Shown one piece after another: positions 29,188-40,003 of a stretch of DNA of 64,000 bases (position 1 is its first letter; every line of letters starts with the position of its first letter). Under the pieces are notes generated by a model. The model was not told the DNA's origin, did not search any database, and saw only the letters and a list, made by a program, of their open reading frames with translations. The stretch is from Patescibacteria group bacterium (GTDB lineage Bacteria > Patescibacteriota > Gracilibacteria > UBA4473). The position numbers were made by a program, and so were the translations under genes. The stretch spans positions 576,001-640,000 of the forward strand of contig CBFIAK010000001.1 of NCBI GenBank assembly GCA_965660445.1. Direction: 5' to 3'.

Positions 29188-30021
29188 CTAGAACAGTGTG
29201 TTGAGTCGTGTTGCAAATGGTGCACCTTCTCGTTCAACACATCCCCAAATAAACCCACCTTCATACCACATGTTTCCATAATCTCCACCTTCTACGTCGC
29301 TACAATATGTAGCGGCTACTCCAGTTGGTAATTGAGACCCTCCAGATGCATTTTGAATCGCATCATATACTTGGTCTCCTGTGACGAGTCCAGCATTTCC
29401 ATCAGAAACAGATCCCATCTGCAATTGAATGTTTTTGGTCGTTGTTCCCGTAATAAGAATTTGTGATGCTTGTGGGGGATTGTTGGTAACATCCTCAACT
29501 CCTTTGTCATCGTTTGCACAAACCCATGCCGATCCAGTCCACCGTGAATACTGCCCAGCAGAACAGGTTTGTGAATCAATTGAGAATGCACCACCTACGA
29601 GCTGAAGCCCATCTCCGGCAGTGTAAGTGGTATCTTCATCTTCTCGACAGAGCCATGCACTTCCACTCCAATACGAATACTCATCAGCAGCACATGATGT
29701 GGCATCACTTGAAAATTCATCTCCTACTAATTGAAGCCCATTTCCTGCGGTATACGCCGTGCCTGTAAATCCATTGGGAAGAGATAGTTCTATTACATTG
29801 GATTCTGAGTCTTTTGCAATAATGTTAATAGTTGTTGGACTGTCACTTTCATTGAGGTATAAACTCCAAGCATTATTATTACTTATAGCTTGAGTTAATG
29901 TTTCGCTAGTTGAATCTGGAGCTGGTAAAAAGAATCGTCCTTGTCCATCTTCTACCGCTAAAGAAAGAGAAGGGATTGCGAGTGAAAAAGCAAAAACGAG
30001 AGCAAGAATATGTCTTTTCAT
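29188..30021 (-). CDS. Secreted tail-fibre-like protein 7
   Basis: Signal peptide MKRHILALVFAFSLAIPSLSLA; two YTAG(N/D)GLQLVG..FS + C....YS.W.GSAW.C..D repeats; Cys-flanked C-terminal module. Confidence 0.75.
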   Translation of the reverse strand: MKRHILALVFAFSLAIPSLSLAVEDGQGRFFLPAPDSTSETLTQAISNNNAWSLYLNESDSPTTINIIAKDSESNVIELSLPNGFTGTAYTAGNGLQLVGDEFSSDATSCAADEYSYWSGSAWLCREDEDTTYTAGDGLQLVGGAFSIDSQTCSAGQYSRWTGSAWVCANDDKGVEDVTNNPPQASQILITGTTTKNIQLQMGSVSDGNAGLVTGDQVYDAIQNASGGSQLPTGVAATYCSDVEGGDYGNMWYEGGFIWGCVEREGAPFATRLNTLF

Positions 30022-30098
30022 GTGTATTTTAAAAATCAGTTTTAGCATACAGAAATCTCAAAATCTTGTAAACTTTTTTTATACACCGTTTATGGTAT

Positions 30099-33000
30099 TT
30101 AGTTATTTGAACGAGAAAGTTCAACCCAATTAGTTCCATCATACACAAGCTGTATCGTGTCATCTGCTCCAAGTGTAAAAGAAATACCACCTGCTAATAC
30201 TAATCCAAAACCATCAACAAATTGTACTTTGTTTGGTTCACTTGTTCCTTTAAGAATAAGAACATATCCAGTTTCAACTCCAGTTCGTTCGATTTGACCA
30301 TCACCTGTTGTTAAGAGCGTTGTTGTCCCAATAGAGTTCGCTGCAATATGATAATATCCAGAAAGAGCGGGTTCGTTTACAAGCATTATTCGTTTAGCAC
30401 TTGTAAGTGTTAAGTTATTCGACAATGCTGTATTTGAAGTATGGAGTACAACCGTTCCGGTTGCATCAGGAAATGTTATGTTATTACTTGCCGCAGGATC
30501 AGTAATGACAAAATTAGTTGTATTCCCATCATCTGTAGACCCTTCAAACCTCATAGCAGTACTTCCTTGAATCCCTGCCGTGACAGTGAGATTGTCAGCC
30601 GTAGCGCTGTCTCCTAATGTGATATTTCCATTGAGAGTAGTGACACCAGAAACCGTTAAATCTCCAGCAGTAGTGATGTCGCCATTTGTTCCACTGACAG
30701 TGAAGTTACTCGTATCAACAGCAATACCACCATCGAGATTAACAAGTTGAGTTGTGGTATCTCCTTCACTAACAACATCATCTAAATCTTGGGTTTCTGT
30801 AACACTTGGAGAATCCCATGTGCCGTCACCTCGTAAAAATGTTGAGCTACTGGCTGTTCCTGTAATTCCTAAGGCAGTACTAAATTCTCCAATTGTGTCT
30901 ATATCGGCTGTCGTTCCCGAGAGCATTCCAATAATTCCATTTGCATACCCTGAAATATTGGCTTCAAGCCCCCCCATTTCATGTCTTACCGTTCCCGTTG
31001 AACTGGTTAGAAGTTGAGCTGTTGTAGGGTCAGTTACTCCATCACCAACAAGAATATGTCCATTACTCAAAATACTCATTGCTTGAAGAGCACCAGTTCC
31101 ATTTCCTAAGAGTACGCCACCATCTGTAAGTGTTCCGACACCTATACCTCCTCTTGAAACAGAGAGTGTTCCACTCCATCCAAGGGTGTGAATATTCGAG
31201 GCAGATGTAATGGTCACATTTGTATCATCTGCAAATGTTTGAGTAGCCCCTGTTTGTCCTTCTAATGAAGTAATAGCACTGGTAACGATATTACTTGATG
31301 CTACACAATTAGCTCCTGTTTGGTCACAGTATTCATTAGCACCAACTCTTCCGTTGACTTGAAGATATAAATCAGTATCAACGGTTGTGGTATTAATTCC
31401 CACTCGCGCATTGAGCATTTCTATTTCATCTGGAGAAGGAGTACTATCAAACTCAATAAGGGCTCCACTAGGAATACCCACCCATTGTTCATCGCCGAGT
31501 TCTATGTTTCCATCAAAAGCCCCATCTCCATCTTCATCTACCCAAAAAACAACATTGCCTCCTTTTGAAACACCAAACAGTTGCTGGTTTGCATCAGGAG
31601 TCGTTGCTCCTTGAATCAAAAACATAGGGTTCGTATCAGTCATTATACTTCCAGTATTAGTTGTTGAAAAAATAAGTTGGTCAGTGGAGCTTTCCTCATA
31701 CTCAATTTCCCAATCTCCATCAGATCCAAAACTAAATGGAGTTTCATCAGCAATAGTCCATTCACCAGTAATGAGGTGATCTAAGTCTTCCCCCACAAGC
31801 GTTGAACTGCCTGTTGCAGGGAGTGTTAGCGTAACGGTACTTGCCGGTTCATCCGCTTGTAAAATCACATGATTGATATTGGCTGTTGTGCCCTCGAATG
31901 TGAGTTGATTTACATCACCACTTCCCGTAAAACAATCTCCAGTTGTACAATCTCCAACAGTAGTAATATCTCCGCCACCAGTTGCAGCAATCGTAATGGT
32001 ATCGGTGCCGGAGTCTCCTGTAATAGTAATATTACTTCCAGCGGCGAAATTAAGTGTATCAGTTGCAGAATCAGCTACTGGGTCGGTTCCTGAAGGCGCA
32101 TTAAAAGTCTGAAACAAGTTTTGGTTATCAGTATCGGTTGCTGCAATAGTGATGGTATCTCCACTTCGAGTTGTGGTTACATTTGATCCACCAGCGAGAG
32201 TAACACCAAGACCCGAAGTTGTTCCTCCGGAGTCCGCTGTAAATGTATTGATCTCGTTGGTTGTGCTTCCATCAACTTCAGTAAAAGTAGAAGCAATGGT
32301 AATGGTATCGGTGCTGGAGTTTCCTGTAATAGAAATATCGCTTCCCGCAGCGAAATTCAGAGTATCGGTTGTAGAATCAGCTACAGGATCGGTTCCTGAA
32401 GGCGCATTAATGGTTCGAAATACGTTTTGTGTTTCTGTATACGATTCTAAATACCGACCGTCTAAATCGTACGTTAAATCTGGCAAAGATCCTGTTCTTC
32501 CAACCGTTAAAACTCCGGTTCCAGTATTAAAAGAAAGTGAATCAGCGTAGTCGTTGTCGTTTGCATCGGTGCCATCACAAAGTCCTGCTCCTCCGGTAAT
32601 GGTTGTACAGCTTAAATTTGCTTCATTCACCGAAAGGGTTACATAGTTTCCACCATCACTATAGGTCAGATCAGAATTAACTCGTAAACTTCCAGTGCTT
32701 CCTGTTGCTCCCAAATAATCAGCTGTCGCTGCCGCATCTACTTTCACACGTCCAACATCGCTGGCGAGATTTGCGGGTGTTACACAATTGTCTCCGTCTT
32801 CATCACAGTAATGAGTCGCTCCCACCGGACCGGCAACATCAAGATCAAGATCTTGCGCCCCACTACTAAAAGAAGTACTTCCAATGGCAACTTTTCCTGT
32901 TGAAAAACTAATACCTCCACTTTCAATATCCCATCGAGATGGGCGTATGTATGAAGCACTGAGATCTTCTGTTTGTATATTACGAACGCTTTCAACAATA

Positions 33001-33128
33001 TCATACCAAAACTCAGACACAGAAAACCCTTCTGCATTCTGCAAAGGCAGAAGCACGCTCATAAGCATGAGTGTGAAGATGGAAAGAGAAAGTTTGTGCA
33101 TCATAAAGAGGGTTTTTTTTATATGCAT
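30099..33128 (-). CDS. Secreted tail-fibre-like protein 6 (1009 aa)
   Basis: Signal peptide; two NAPSGTDPVADS.TDTLNFAAGS repeats; two YCD..G.NC motifs; FLRGDGTW; ITFPDATGTV; C-terminal LVYDGTNW. Confidence 0.8.
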   Translation of the reverse strand: MHIKKTLFMMHKLSLSIFTLMLMSVLLPLQNAEGFSVSEFWYDIVESVRNIQTEDLSASYIRPSRWDIESGGISFSTGKVAIGSTSFSSGAQDLDLDVAGPVGATHYCDEDGDNCVTPANLASDVGRVKVDAAATADYLGATGSTGSLRVNSDLTYSDGGNYVTLSVNEANLSCTTITGGAGLCDGTDANDNDYADSLSFNTGTGVLTVGRTGSLPDLTYDLDGRYLESYTETQNVFRTINAPSGTDPVADSTTDTLNFAAGSDISITGNSSTDTITIASTFTEVDGSTTNEINTFTADSGGTTSGLGVTLAGGSNVTTTRSGDTITIAATDTDNQNLFQTFNAPSGTDPVADSATDTLNFAAGSNITITGDSGTDTITIAATGGGDITTVGDCTTGDCFTGSGDVNQLTFEGTTANINHVILQADEPASTVTLTLPATGSSTLVGEDLDHLITGEWTIADETPFSFGSDGDWEIEYEESSTDQLIFSTTNTGSIMTDTNPMFLIQGATTPDANQQLFGVSKGGNVVFWVDEDGDGAFDGNIELGDEQWVGIPSGALIEFDSTPSPDEIEMLNARVGINTTTVDTDLYLQVNGRVGANEYCDQTGANCVASSNIVTSAITSLEGQTGATQTFADDTNVTITSASNIHTLGWSGTLSVSRGGIGVGTLTDGGVLLGNGTGALQAMSILSNGHILVGDGVTDPTTAQLLTSSTGTVRHEMGGLEANISGYANGIIGMLSGTTADIDTIGEFSTALGITGTASSSTFLRGDGTWDSPSVTETQDLDDVVSEGDTTTQLVNLDGGIAVDTSNFTVSGTNGDITTAGDLTVSGVTTLNGNITLGDSATADNLTVTAGIQGSTAMRFEGSTDDGNTTNFVITDPAASNNITFPDATGTVVLHTSNTALSNNLTLTSAKRIMLVNEPALSGYYHIAANSIGTTTLLTTGDGQIERTGVETGYVLILKGTSEPNKVQFVDGFGLVLAGGISFTLGADDTIQLVYDGTNWVELSRSNN

Positions 33129-33236
33129 ACATATTGTATGACTTTTTCAGACTCTACTCAATGAAGAATATTCTTTTTTGAGTCTTTTGGGTTTTCTATC
33201 TGTGTCTTTTGTTGTTTTATAGTATTTTAAATTATA

Positions 33237-34049
33237 TTAATTGAGCGTATCCAAGATAAACCATTTTCCTTGAAGCCCACCCACTTCTGGATCGTCTTTG
33301 CATCCTTTGAAGTTTGTGCCATCAAAACAAATATTTCCAAAATCATCATCATTTGTACCATTACAAGTACAAGAAAGAATGATACCTCCCCCCGAAACGG
33401 TTGGAGTTTCCCACGTGCCGTCACCTCGCCAAAAAGTAGTAGCGCTTGCGTTGGTTCCTGAATTTAAATGAGCAACGGGTAAATTTCCTGTGATTTCATT
33501 GGTCAGGTTTATAACATCATCATCGGCAATAGTATCAGGTGTTGTGTCGTACCCCGCTTGCGAGTGATCACCCCAGCCAAAAGCAGTATTCCAATTGGTG
33601 ATTTGGGCAGCAGTTGCAAACTTATTGGTTGAAGTAAAATCATCTATGTCATCCGCATCATCGATATCTTTATCGTAGTAGTTTTGAGTTGCATGATTAC
33701 CCCAGCCAAAAGCAGTATCCCAATTAGTGATTTGGGCAGCAGTTGCAAACTTATTGGTTGAAGTAGAATCATCTATGTCATCCGCATCATCGATATCTTT
33801 ATCGTAATAGTTTTGAGTTGCATGATTACCCCAGCCAAAAGCAGTATCCCAATTAGTGATTTGTGCACTTGTAATACCGCCATCTTGTAAAATATTGCTG
33901 GCTGTTTTACAAGTAGTATTCTCATCTCCAGATAAATATTCTCCGTTACCGCAAAGAAGTTTTACGGTTTCATAGCTCGCCATGCTAGTGTCCCATGATA
34001 CACACAGCAGGGTGAGAAAGAGAATTAGAGAAATAATTTTAAATCGCAT
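33237..34049 (-). CDS. Secreted tail-fibre-like protein 5 (270 aa)
   Basis: Signal peptide; 43-aa [14 protein letters not shown] repeats; [22 protein letters not shown]. Confidence 0.8.
   Translation of the reverse strand: MRFKIISLILFLTLLCVSWDTSMASYETVKLLCGNGEYLSGDENTTCKTASNILQDGGITSAQITNWDTAFGWGNHATQNYYDKDIDDADDIDDSTSTNKFATAAQITNWDTAFGWGNHATQNYYDKDIDDADDIDDFTSTNKFATAAQITNWNTAFGWGDHSQAGYDTTPDTIADDDVINLTNEITGNLPVAHLNSGTNASATTFWRGDGTWETPTVSGGGIILSCTCNGTNDDDFGNICFDGTNFKGCKDDPEVGGLQGKWFILDTLN
33571..33863 (-). repeat. 129-bp in-frame tandem repeat (about 2.3 copies)
   Basis: ccccagccaaaagcagtat recurs at 33571, 33700 and 33829 with near-identical intervening sequence. Confidence 0.9.
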
Positions 34050-34081
34050 AATACACAGAAGAGAAAAGAAAAATATTTTTA

Positions 34082-35941
34082 TTATTTAATATACCAATTA
34101 GATCCATCAGAAAATATGTGAATAGAAACCCATTGTGCAGAGAGAGCTCTTGTTCCATTTCCATCAATAGTTTCAGAACCATCAGCATCAATAGTACAAG
34201 CGTTCGCTGAGGAATCTATTTTTTTAACAATAATTTGAGCATTACTGCTGGCTGCAGGGAGTGTGAGTGTTATTGGCCCGGCCGTAGCATTACAGAGATT
34301 AAAAGTATTATTTGAAATACTCCCACTTGAAATATGTGTTCCCTGTGCAATTATTGCTTCTTGTTTATTATTAAACGTATCCCAATCGGTATCAGAAAGG
34401 GCTCCAGTGGTATCAGTATCAGCAAGAGCAAGACTTAATTCTTGTGTTGAAAGAGAAAGACCGTTCGCTGTTCCAAGAGTAACCACATCATGAAGTTCAG
34501 AGTCTCGAGCGATGGTCGCTGGAAGATCAGCGTCTAAGATAGCTCCCCATGCCGCATTTGTCGCTCCTGTGGCTCGAAGTACATGCCCTGTGGTGAGTCC
34601 TGAAAGATCGAGGAGATTGAGTTCTGCCGTAGAGAGCGTTGCTCCATCTAAAATATTGAGTTCTGTTTCTGTAACCCCTGAAGCATCAAGAGCATCTGTT
34701 CCATTCCAAAGAACAACTGTGTTGTTGGTTCCAGAACCAGATATTCCAGCAGCTGGTGCGTCTTCGGTACAGGTAATATTACTTCCATCACTTGAACACC
34801 ATTTTGCGTTTTCGAGCGTTCCTATTGTTGGATCGGCTTCTGTGAAACTTGAGGCAATAGTGATTGTGTTTCCAGATTCCGTAATATCAATATCACTTCC
34901 TCCAGAAAGAGTTATATCGGTACTTCCTGATGTGTTTGATTGAATAACGGATGTATTTGCAGCTCCCGCAAGTACTGTTAATGATCCTTCATTACTACTA
35001 TCTCCGTCTCCGTCGGCTGGAACGGGTTCCCATGTTGCAAGTCCTGATCCATCACTCGTGAGTACTTGACTCGCTCCTGGAGTTCCTCCTGTGATTTGGA
35101 TTTGTCCAGCAATAGTAACCGTTGGAGTGGTAGCATCACTTGGCGTGATGGTTAGGTCTCCAGTAGCACTCGTAGCAAAAACAGTATCATTTGATGTATC
35201 GTAGCTGAGTTTTAATTGGTTTCCAGCGTTGAGAATTTCGAGTTTTGTATCTGGTATATTTGTTCCTATACCGATATTTCCTAACCCGCTTGCTCCACCT
35301 TCAATAAAGAATCGAGAGGTATTAGAGTCGTTGTCTCGTATTTGAAGGTCTTCTCCTCCCCAAAACTCCCATCCATCATTATCTCCCTCTCCATTATTAT
35401 CTGATAATAAGAGTTGTGGTGTTGCAGTTGTAGCAAAAACATGAAGTTGGTGTGTTGGATCAAGTACATTCACTCCTAAAAATCCAGTAGTATCTTCTAT
35501 AAAGAGTCCATTATTATTTGTAGCTTCTGAAAGCAGGAGTCCATCTATATCTCGAGCTTCAATCGTATCGATTTTTAGTTTTTGAGCATCTGCAGCTGTG
35601 TTTCCTTCAGTGAGAACTTCAGCAATAGTTTGATCATCTCCGTCTTGAAGTGCTGCTAGATTAAGCGTGTAAGTTGCTTCACCGTCATCTTCAAGTGAAA
35701 TTTCAAGAGTTGTCCCATCAAGGTTTAATACATCAATGGTTTGATTATCGGTATCAACTGTAAATCCGCCTGCATCACTCACGATATCAGCAGCTGATTT
35801 ACAAGTAAGAACACCATCGTTTCCAGCCAGAAATTCGTTGTCGCCACATAAGAGAATGGCGTTTTCATAACTGGCAAATGAGACCAATGGAAGCAAGAGC
35901 ATCCACAGGCTAAAGCCGAAGAGAAGAAATAGTTTTTTCAT
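34082..35941 (-). CDS. Secreted tail-fibre-like protein 4 (619 aa)
   Basis: Signal peptide; [42 protein letters not shown]; C-terminal TLTLPAA...KKIDSSAN...SDGSNW. Confidence 0.8.
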   Translation of the reverse strand: MKKLFLLFGFSLWMLLLPLVSFASYENAILLCGDNEFLAGNDGVLTCKSAADIVSDAGGFTVDTDNQTIDVLNLDGTTLEISLEDDGEATYTLNLAALQDGDDQTIAEVLTEGNTAADAQKLKIDTIEARDIDGLLLSEATNNNGLFIEDTTGFLGVNVLDPTHQLHVFATTATPQLLLSDNNGEGDNDGWEFWGGEDLQIRDNDSNTSRFFIEGGASGLGNIGIGTNIPDTKLEILNAGNQLKLSYDTSNDTVFATSATGDLTITPSDATTPTVTIAGQIQITGGTPGASQVLTSDGSGLATWEPVPADGDGDSSNEGSLTVLAGAANTSVIQSNTSGSTDITLSGGSDIDITESGNTITIASSFTEADPTIGTLENAKWCSSDGSNITCTEDAPAAGISGSGTNNTVVLWNGTDALDASGVTETELNILDGATLSTAELNLLDLSGLTTGHVLRATGATNAAWGAILDADLPATIARDSELHDVVTLGTANGLSLSTQELSLALADTDTTGALSDTDWDTFNNKQEAIIAQGTHISSGSISNNTFNLCNATAGPITLTLPAASSNAQIIVKKIDSSANACTIDADGSETIDGNGTRALSAQWVSIHIFSDGSNWYIK

Positions 35942-36057
35942 GGGAATAAAAGAATTAAAAAAATAATAAAAGAATAAGCAATGTTTATACTCCTTACCCA
36001 GGAGGTTTTTCGATGAGATTGGTTTTTGTTGAAAATAAAATCATAAGAAGAAAAAAT

Positions 36058-39000
36058 TTATTGTATCCACCAGTTTGTGCCATCAGATATGGTGTGCACA
36101 GAAACAAGTGGTGTAAAAAGCGGTTTCGCGGTTGCGCTATTATCGAGTAAATCTGCAATATTCGGTTCAATAAAGCACGTATTGCCACTACTATCAATTC
36201 GTTTTACTGTGATTTCTCGTCCATTCATAGTATTGGCAAGTGGGAGTGTTATGGTAACATCTCCGCTTGTTGCATCACATAAAATTACTTGATCTGATGT
36301 TGTGGCGGTATAGTTAGCTGTTTGAGTGGCAATGTTTTTAACAGGGCAATTGGTACCATCTGATTGGCAAAATGCCGTTGAGTGCAGTCCATCAAGTAGA
36401 TCTGCGTCCAATCCGGATCCATTTCCCATATCACTTCCGCTCCAGTCAATATCAAGAATTGCATTATTATTCATATCAAGATCTTGGTTTGCACTATGAC
36501 TTCCTAAATCATCTCCTCCAGCTGATGCGCACGATTGCCATTCAAAGTCACCAGATCCTCCAGATTCGAATGTTAAACAATATTCATCTGTTGGGGCATT
36601 GTTTATATCAATCATACTTTCTGTAATAACGCCAGATGCGATAGTTGTGGTGATTGCTGTTTCTCCAGACCCAGTAACGTGACCGGAAAGAGTGATGGTT
36701 TGGTTTTGAGTTAAGTATCCTTCGCTTGCGTGGTCGCCCCAACTAAAAGCATTGTTCCAGTTATCAATAAGTGTTTGAGTCACAAACTTATTAGTTGAAG
36801 CAGAATCATCTATGTCATCCGCATCATCGGTGTCTTTATCGTAATAGTTTTGAGTTGCGTGGTTGCCCCAACTGAAAGCGGTATCCCAGTTGGTGATTTG
36901 CGTATTGGTAATACCCGCACTTACATGCGCTGTAAAAACAGGGTCTGTTTCAGCGGTTAAATAGCCATTGTTAGCAACAAAAGCATCAACGGCAGTTTCA
37001 TCGAGGGTTGTGTCAGTATCGGCATCAACACTACAGATCCAGTTCGCTCCATCCCATTTAAGTATTTCATTGTTTCCACATGATTCGATAAGCCCAAAGT
37101 CTGTACCAGTAAGAGCGATTCCACGATTAGCAACAACGCCGTACGTGGTATCAGTATCGATTTGATCAGCACAAACCCAAGCAGAAGTACCGTTATCCCA
37201 AGAAAGCACTTGGTCATCAGCACAAGAATCGATAAGTCCAAACTCCGTACCGACTAATTCAAGACCACGGTCAGCGATAACATCATAGGTCGTATCAGTA
37301 TCAACAGGAATCGGCACACAATTCCCATCACCGTCTAAGAGTTCACCAGTAGCACAGAGTGTGCCGGCATTTGTATCATCATCACCATCAGTAATATCAG
37401 CAGGAATATCAGATAAATCGTTCCAGCTTCCAGAAAAAGTTTCGTCATTAGCAGGCACCCAAGCAGAACCATTCCATTTGAGAACTTGATCAGCCGTAGC
37501 GCCTTGTTGAGCAAGAGTAAGTACATCACCAGCGGTACCGTCACCTGAAAGAGTGGCATCACTGATCACAACATCAGCCCCCCAGTCATCACCACCAGCA
37601 TCATCAACACTACAGATCCAGTTCACTCCGTCCCATTTGAGAATTTCATTGTTTCCACATGATTCAATGAGTCCAAAGTTAGTACCAGTGAGTACAAGTC
37701 CACGATCGGCAACAACGCCGTACGTGGTATCATCATCACCATCGGCAATATCGGCTGGGATATTGGCAAGGTCACCCCAATCACCAGAAAAGTCATCGAG
37801 AACGTTTTTGTCCCAGTCATCAAATGATGTTTCATCACCATCAATGAAAGCTTCAACTTCGTTTTCCGTAAGAGTAGTATCGACAGGGATAGGATAACAA
37901 TTCCCATCCCCATCGAGATATTCGCCACCAGCACACAAGGTGGCAGCAGAAGAGTCGTTGTCAGATGCACACACCCAAGAAGATGTACCAAGATTCCATT
38001 TTAGTAGTTCGCCATCAGCACAAGAACTGATAAGTCCAAAATTATTTCCAATACGTTCGAGTCCTTTATCGTTTGAAACATCATATTGTGTATCATTATC
38101 AACCCCATCACAGAGCCCCAGACTCCCTGTTATATTGAGACAATCGATATCAATATCAACTTCAAAAGCACCGTCTGTGGTAAGAGAGAAGGCACTACTA
38201 AAGTCGAGTGTAAAGACATCGGCATCAAAAACGACATCATCAAGTTTTATCTGGATATCATCATCGTCATCGTTCCCTGGATTAAGCGCAGTACATTCAA
38301 TTGTGTTTCCGTCAGTAGTACACCAACGACCAGCGGTTAAAGTGCCAATAGATGGGTCTGATTCTGTAACACAATCCCAAGAAGATGTTCCGTTATTCCA
38401 TTGTAGTATTTCACCATCAGCACATGATGATACATCTGCTAAATCAGAAAGATTATTATCAGTTAAGTCATCATCATCTAAGTTTCCATCAAGATTGGTG
38501 TAGATATCAGTTACATCTGTAATTTGTGTTTCTAAATCATTTTCAGTGGTTGCTCCACCACCTCCAGCGTCATCAGTAGCACAAATCCAACCAAAATCAC
38601 CAATAGTTGTATCACCGTTTGCATCGTTCGTATACTTTAAAATTTCACCTGTAGCACATCCGATAAGTCCAAAATTGTTAGACCCGTCTCGAATAAGTCC
38701 TTGATCGGTGGTCACATTTTGAATTGCATTATCCGTATAAGTACTTAAATCAACAGTGGTTGTTCCGCCATCAAGACTTAAAATATCACCCGTGAGATCT
38801 AAATCTCTTTGATCTTCACATCGCCATCCCGGATCATCGGTGACCGTATCGTTATTGAAATCATCAGTGTAAACAAGTATTTGGTTCACGTTACATCCCA
38901 CAAGTCCGAAATCATCATTTCCATCAATCGTAAGTCCTTGATTTGTAATAACTCCTTGAGTAGATCCAGTGCTAATAGGTACTCCATCGATTTTAAATTG

Positions 39001-39960
39001 ACCTCCAGCCGATAAATTAATATCACCATCAACATTTAAAGCATCAGAGAAAGCAGACGTTGTTCCAATAGAAACTTTTCCGTCAGCATTTATCTGCAAT
39101 CCTGTGTTTCCACTTGGTCCAGTATCTTCAGCATCACCAACAAGCCAGAATTCTTGTAAATCAATATTTTGTGTTGCAGTGTGATTTCCGAGGTTGTCAG
39201 CACCTCCACCACCTCCGCCACCACATGATCCTTGCACCTCACATCCATCCCCTCCAGTACCAAGATCTCCATTACAATCAGAGTATCCAGCACTACACTG
39301 AAAACTACAACTTCCACTTGATGTATAAACAGCATTTGCTTCTCCAGGGTATGCAGTGACTCCATTTTGAATTTCACATCCATCTCCGCCAGTACCGAGG
39401 TCTCCGTTACAGTCTGTATATCCAGATGCACATTGTACACCACAACTTCCATTTGAAGTATAGACTGAGTTTGCTTCCCCTGGATAGGCTGTAATTCCGT
39501 TTTGAACTTCACATCCATCCACATCAACACTTGATCCATCACAGGCTGTGTATCCAGCTTTACAGCTTCCACAACTAAAACTTCCCCAACTATTAGCATT
39601 ACAAACTGTTTCTCTATTCACAGAGCTACAAGAACCATCTTCGTTACACAAACCAGTTCCACAAAATGGAGTTGATCCGTCATAGGCTTCACAGTCAAGA
39701 AGGTATCCTCCACCTAAAGCCCCTGAAATATTACTTCCTGAACCGTTTGATCCGGGTGCTGTGAGAGTGGAGTTGTCGTAACAATACACAATATTATTAT
39801 CGTATCCACACAGTTGTGTGTTTCCGAGACAGTTTTGAGATTGAAATACAGTTGGACAATCAGTTGGATCTGTTACATACGTCGCCGCCTGCCCCACAAA
39901 GAGTGGAGCAAGGCTCATAATGAGCAAGAGCGATAAGAAGTAGTGTCGTATGTATTTCAT
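36058..39960 (-). CDS. Secreted mosaic fibre protein 3 (~1,300 aa) with Cys-rich N-terminal repeats
   Basis: Signal peptide; C..GY.DCNGD....DGCE repeats; DNLGNHTATQNI; several C..GEILKW....W.C..D modules; LDADLLDG; C-terminal TITLP.A...KRIDSSGN...SDGTNW. Confidence 0.8.
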   Translation of the reverse strand: MKYIRHYFLSLLLIMSLAPLFVGQAATYVTDPTDCPTVFQSQNCLGNTQLCGYDNNIVYCYDNSTLTAPGSNGSGSNISGALGGGYLLDCEAYDGSTPFCGTGLCNEDGSCSSVNRETVCNANSWGSFSCGSCKAGYTACDGSSVDVDGCEVQNGITAYPGEANSVYTSNGSCGVQCASGYTDCNGDLGTGGDGCEIQNGVTAYPGEANAVYTSSGSCSFQCSAGYSDCNGDLGTGGDGCEVQGSCGGGGGGGADNLGNHTATQNIDLQEFWLVGDAEDTGPSGNTGLQINADGKVSIGTTSAFSDALNVDGDINLSAGGQFKIDGVPISTGSTQGVITNQGLTIDGNDDFGLVGCNVNQILVYTDDFNNDTVTDDPGWRCEDQRDLDLTGDILSLDGGTTTVDLSTYTDNAIQNVTTDQGLIRDGSNNFGLIGCATGEILKYTNDANGDTTIGDFGWICATDDAGGGGATTENDLETQITDVTDIYTNLDGNLDDDDLTDNNLSDLADVSSCADGEILQWNNGTSSWDCVTESDPSIGTLTAGRWCTTDGNTIECTALNPGNDDDDDIQIKLDDVVFDADVFTLDFSSAFSLTTDGAFEVDIDIDCLNITGSLGLCDGVDNDTQYDVSNDKGLERIGNNFGLISSCADGELLKWNLGTSSWVCASDNDSSAATLCAGGEYLDGDGNCYPIPVDTTLTENEVEAFIDGDETSFDDWDKNVLDDFSGDWGDLANIPADIADGDDDTTYGVVADRGLVLTGTNFGLIESCGNNEILKWDGVNWICSVDDAGGDDWGADVVISDATLSGDGTAGDVLTLAQQGATADQVLKWNGSAWVPANDETFSGSWNDLSDIPADITDGDDDTNAGTLCATGELLDGDGNCVPIPVDTDTTYDVIADRGLELVGTEFGLIDSCADDQVLSWDNGTSAWVCADQIDTDTTYGVVANRGIALTGTDFGLIESCGNNEILKWDGANWICSVDADTDTTLDETAVDAFVANNGYLTAETDPVFTAHVSAGITNTQITNWDTAFSWGNHATQNYYDKDTDDADDIDDSASTNKFVTQTLIDNWNNAFSWGDHASEGYLTQNQTITLSGHVTGSGETAITTTIASGVITESMIDINNAPTDEYCLTFESGGSGDFEWQSCASAGGDDLGSHSANQDLDMNNNAILDIDWSGSDMGNGSGLDADLLDGLHSTAFCQSDGTNCPVKNIATQTANYTATTSDQVILCDATSGDVTITLPLANTMNGREITVKRIDSSGNTCFIEPNIADLLDNSATAKPLFTPLVSVHTISDGTNWWIQ
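39238..39520 (-). repeat. 135-bp in-frame Cys-rich repeat
   Basis: tcacatccatc recurs near 39238, 39373 and 39508; encodes 45-aa GCE.QNG.TAYPGEAN.VYTS.GSC..QC units. Confidence 0.85.
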
Positions 39961-40003
39961 GAAAGAAAAATGGAGGAGAATCAATAAAGAGGGTTAAAAA
40001 TTT

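Noticed and set aside
33571-36900. Diversity-generating retroelement TR/VR pair
   Set aside because: Differences between copies are not confined to adenines (e.g. TCT/TTT), all copies are in-frame internal modules, and no reverse transcriptase is in the window
30754-39599. Numerous antisense and alternate-frame ORFs (60-190 aa) within the fibre genes
   Set aside because: Shadow ORFs expected from repetitive Thr/Asp/Gly codons; no independent motifs or start signals
29188-39960. S74 intramolecular chaperone or autotransporter beta-barrel at the fibre C termini
   Set aside because: No SDxRLK motif and no alternating beta-strand barrel signature visible by eye
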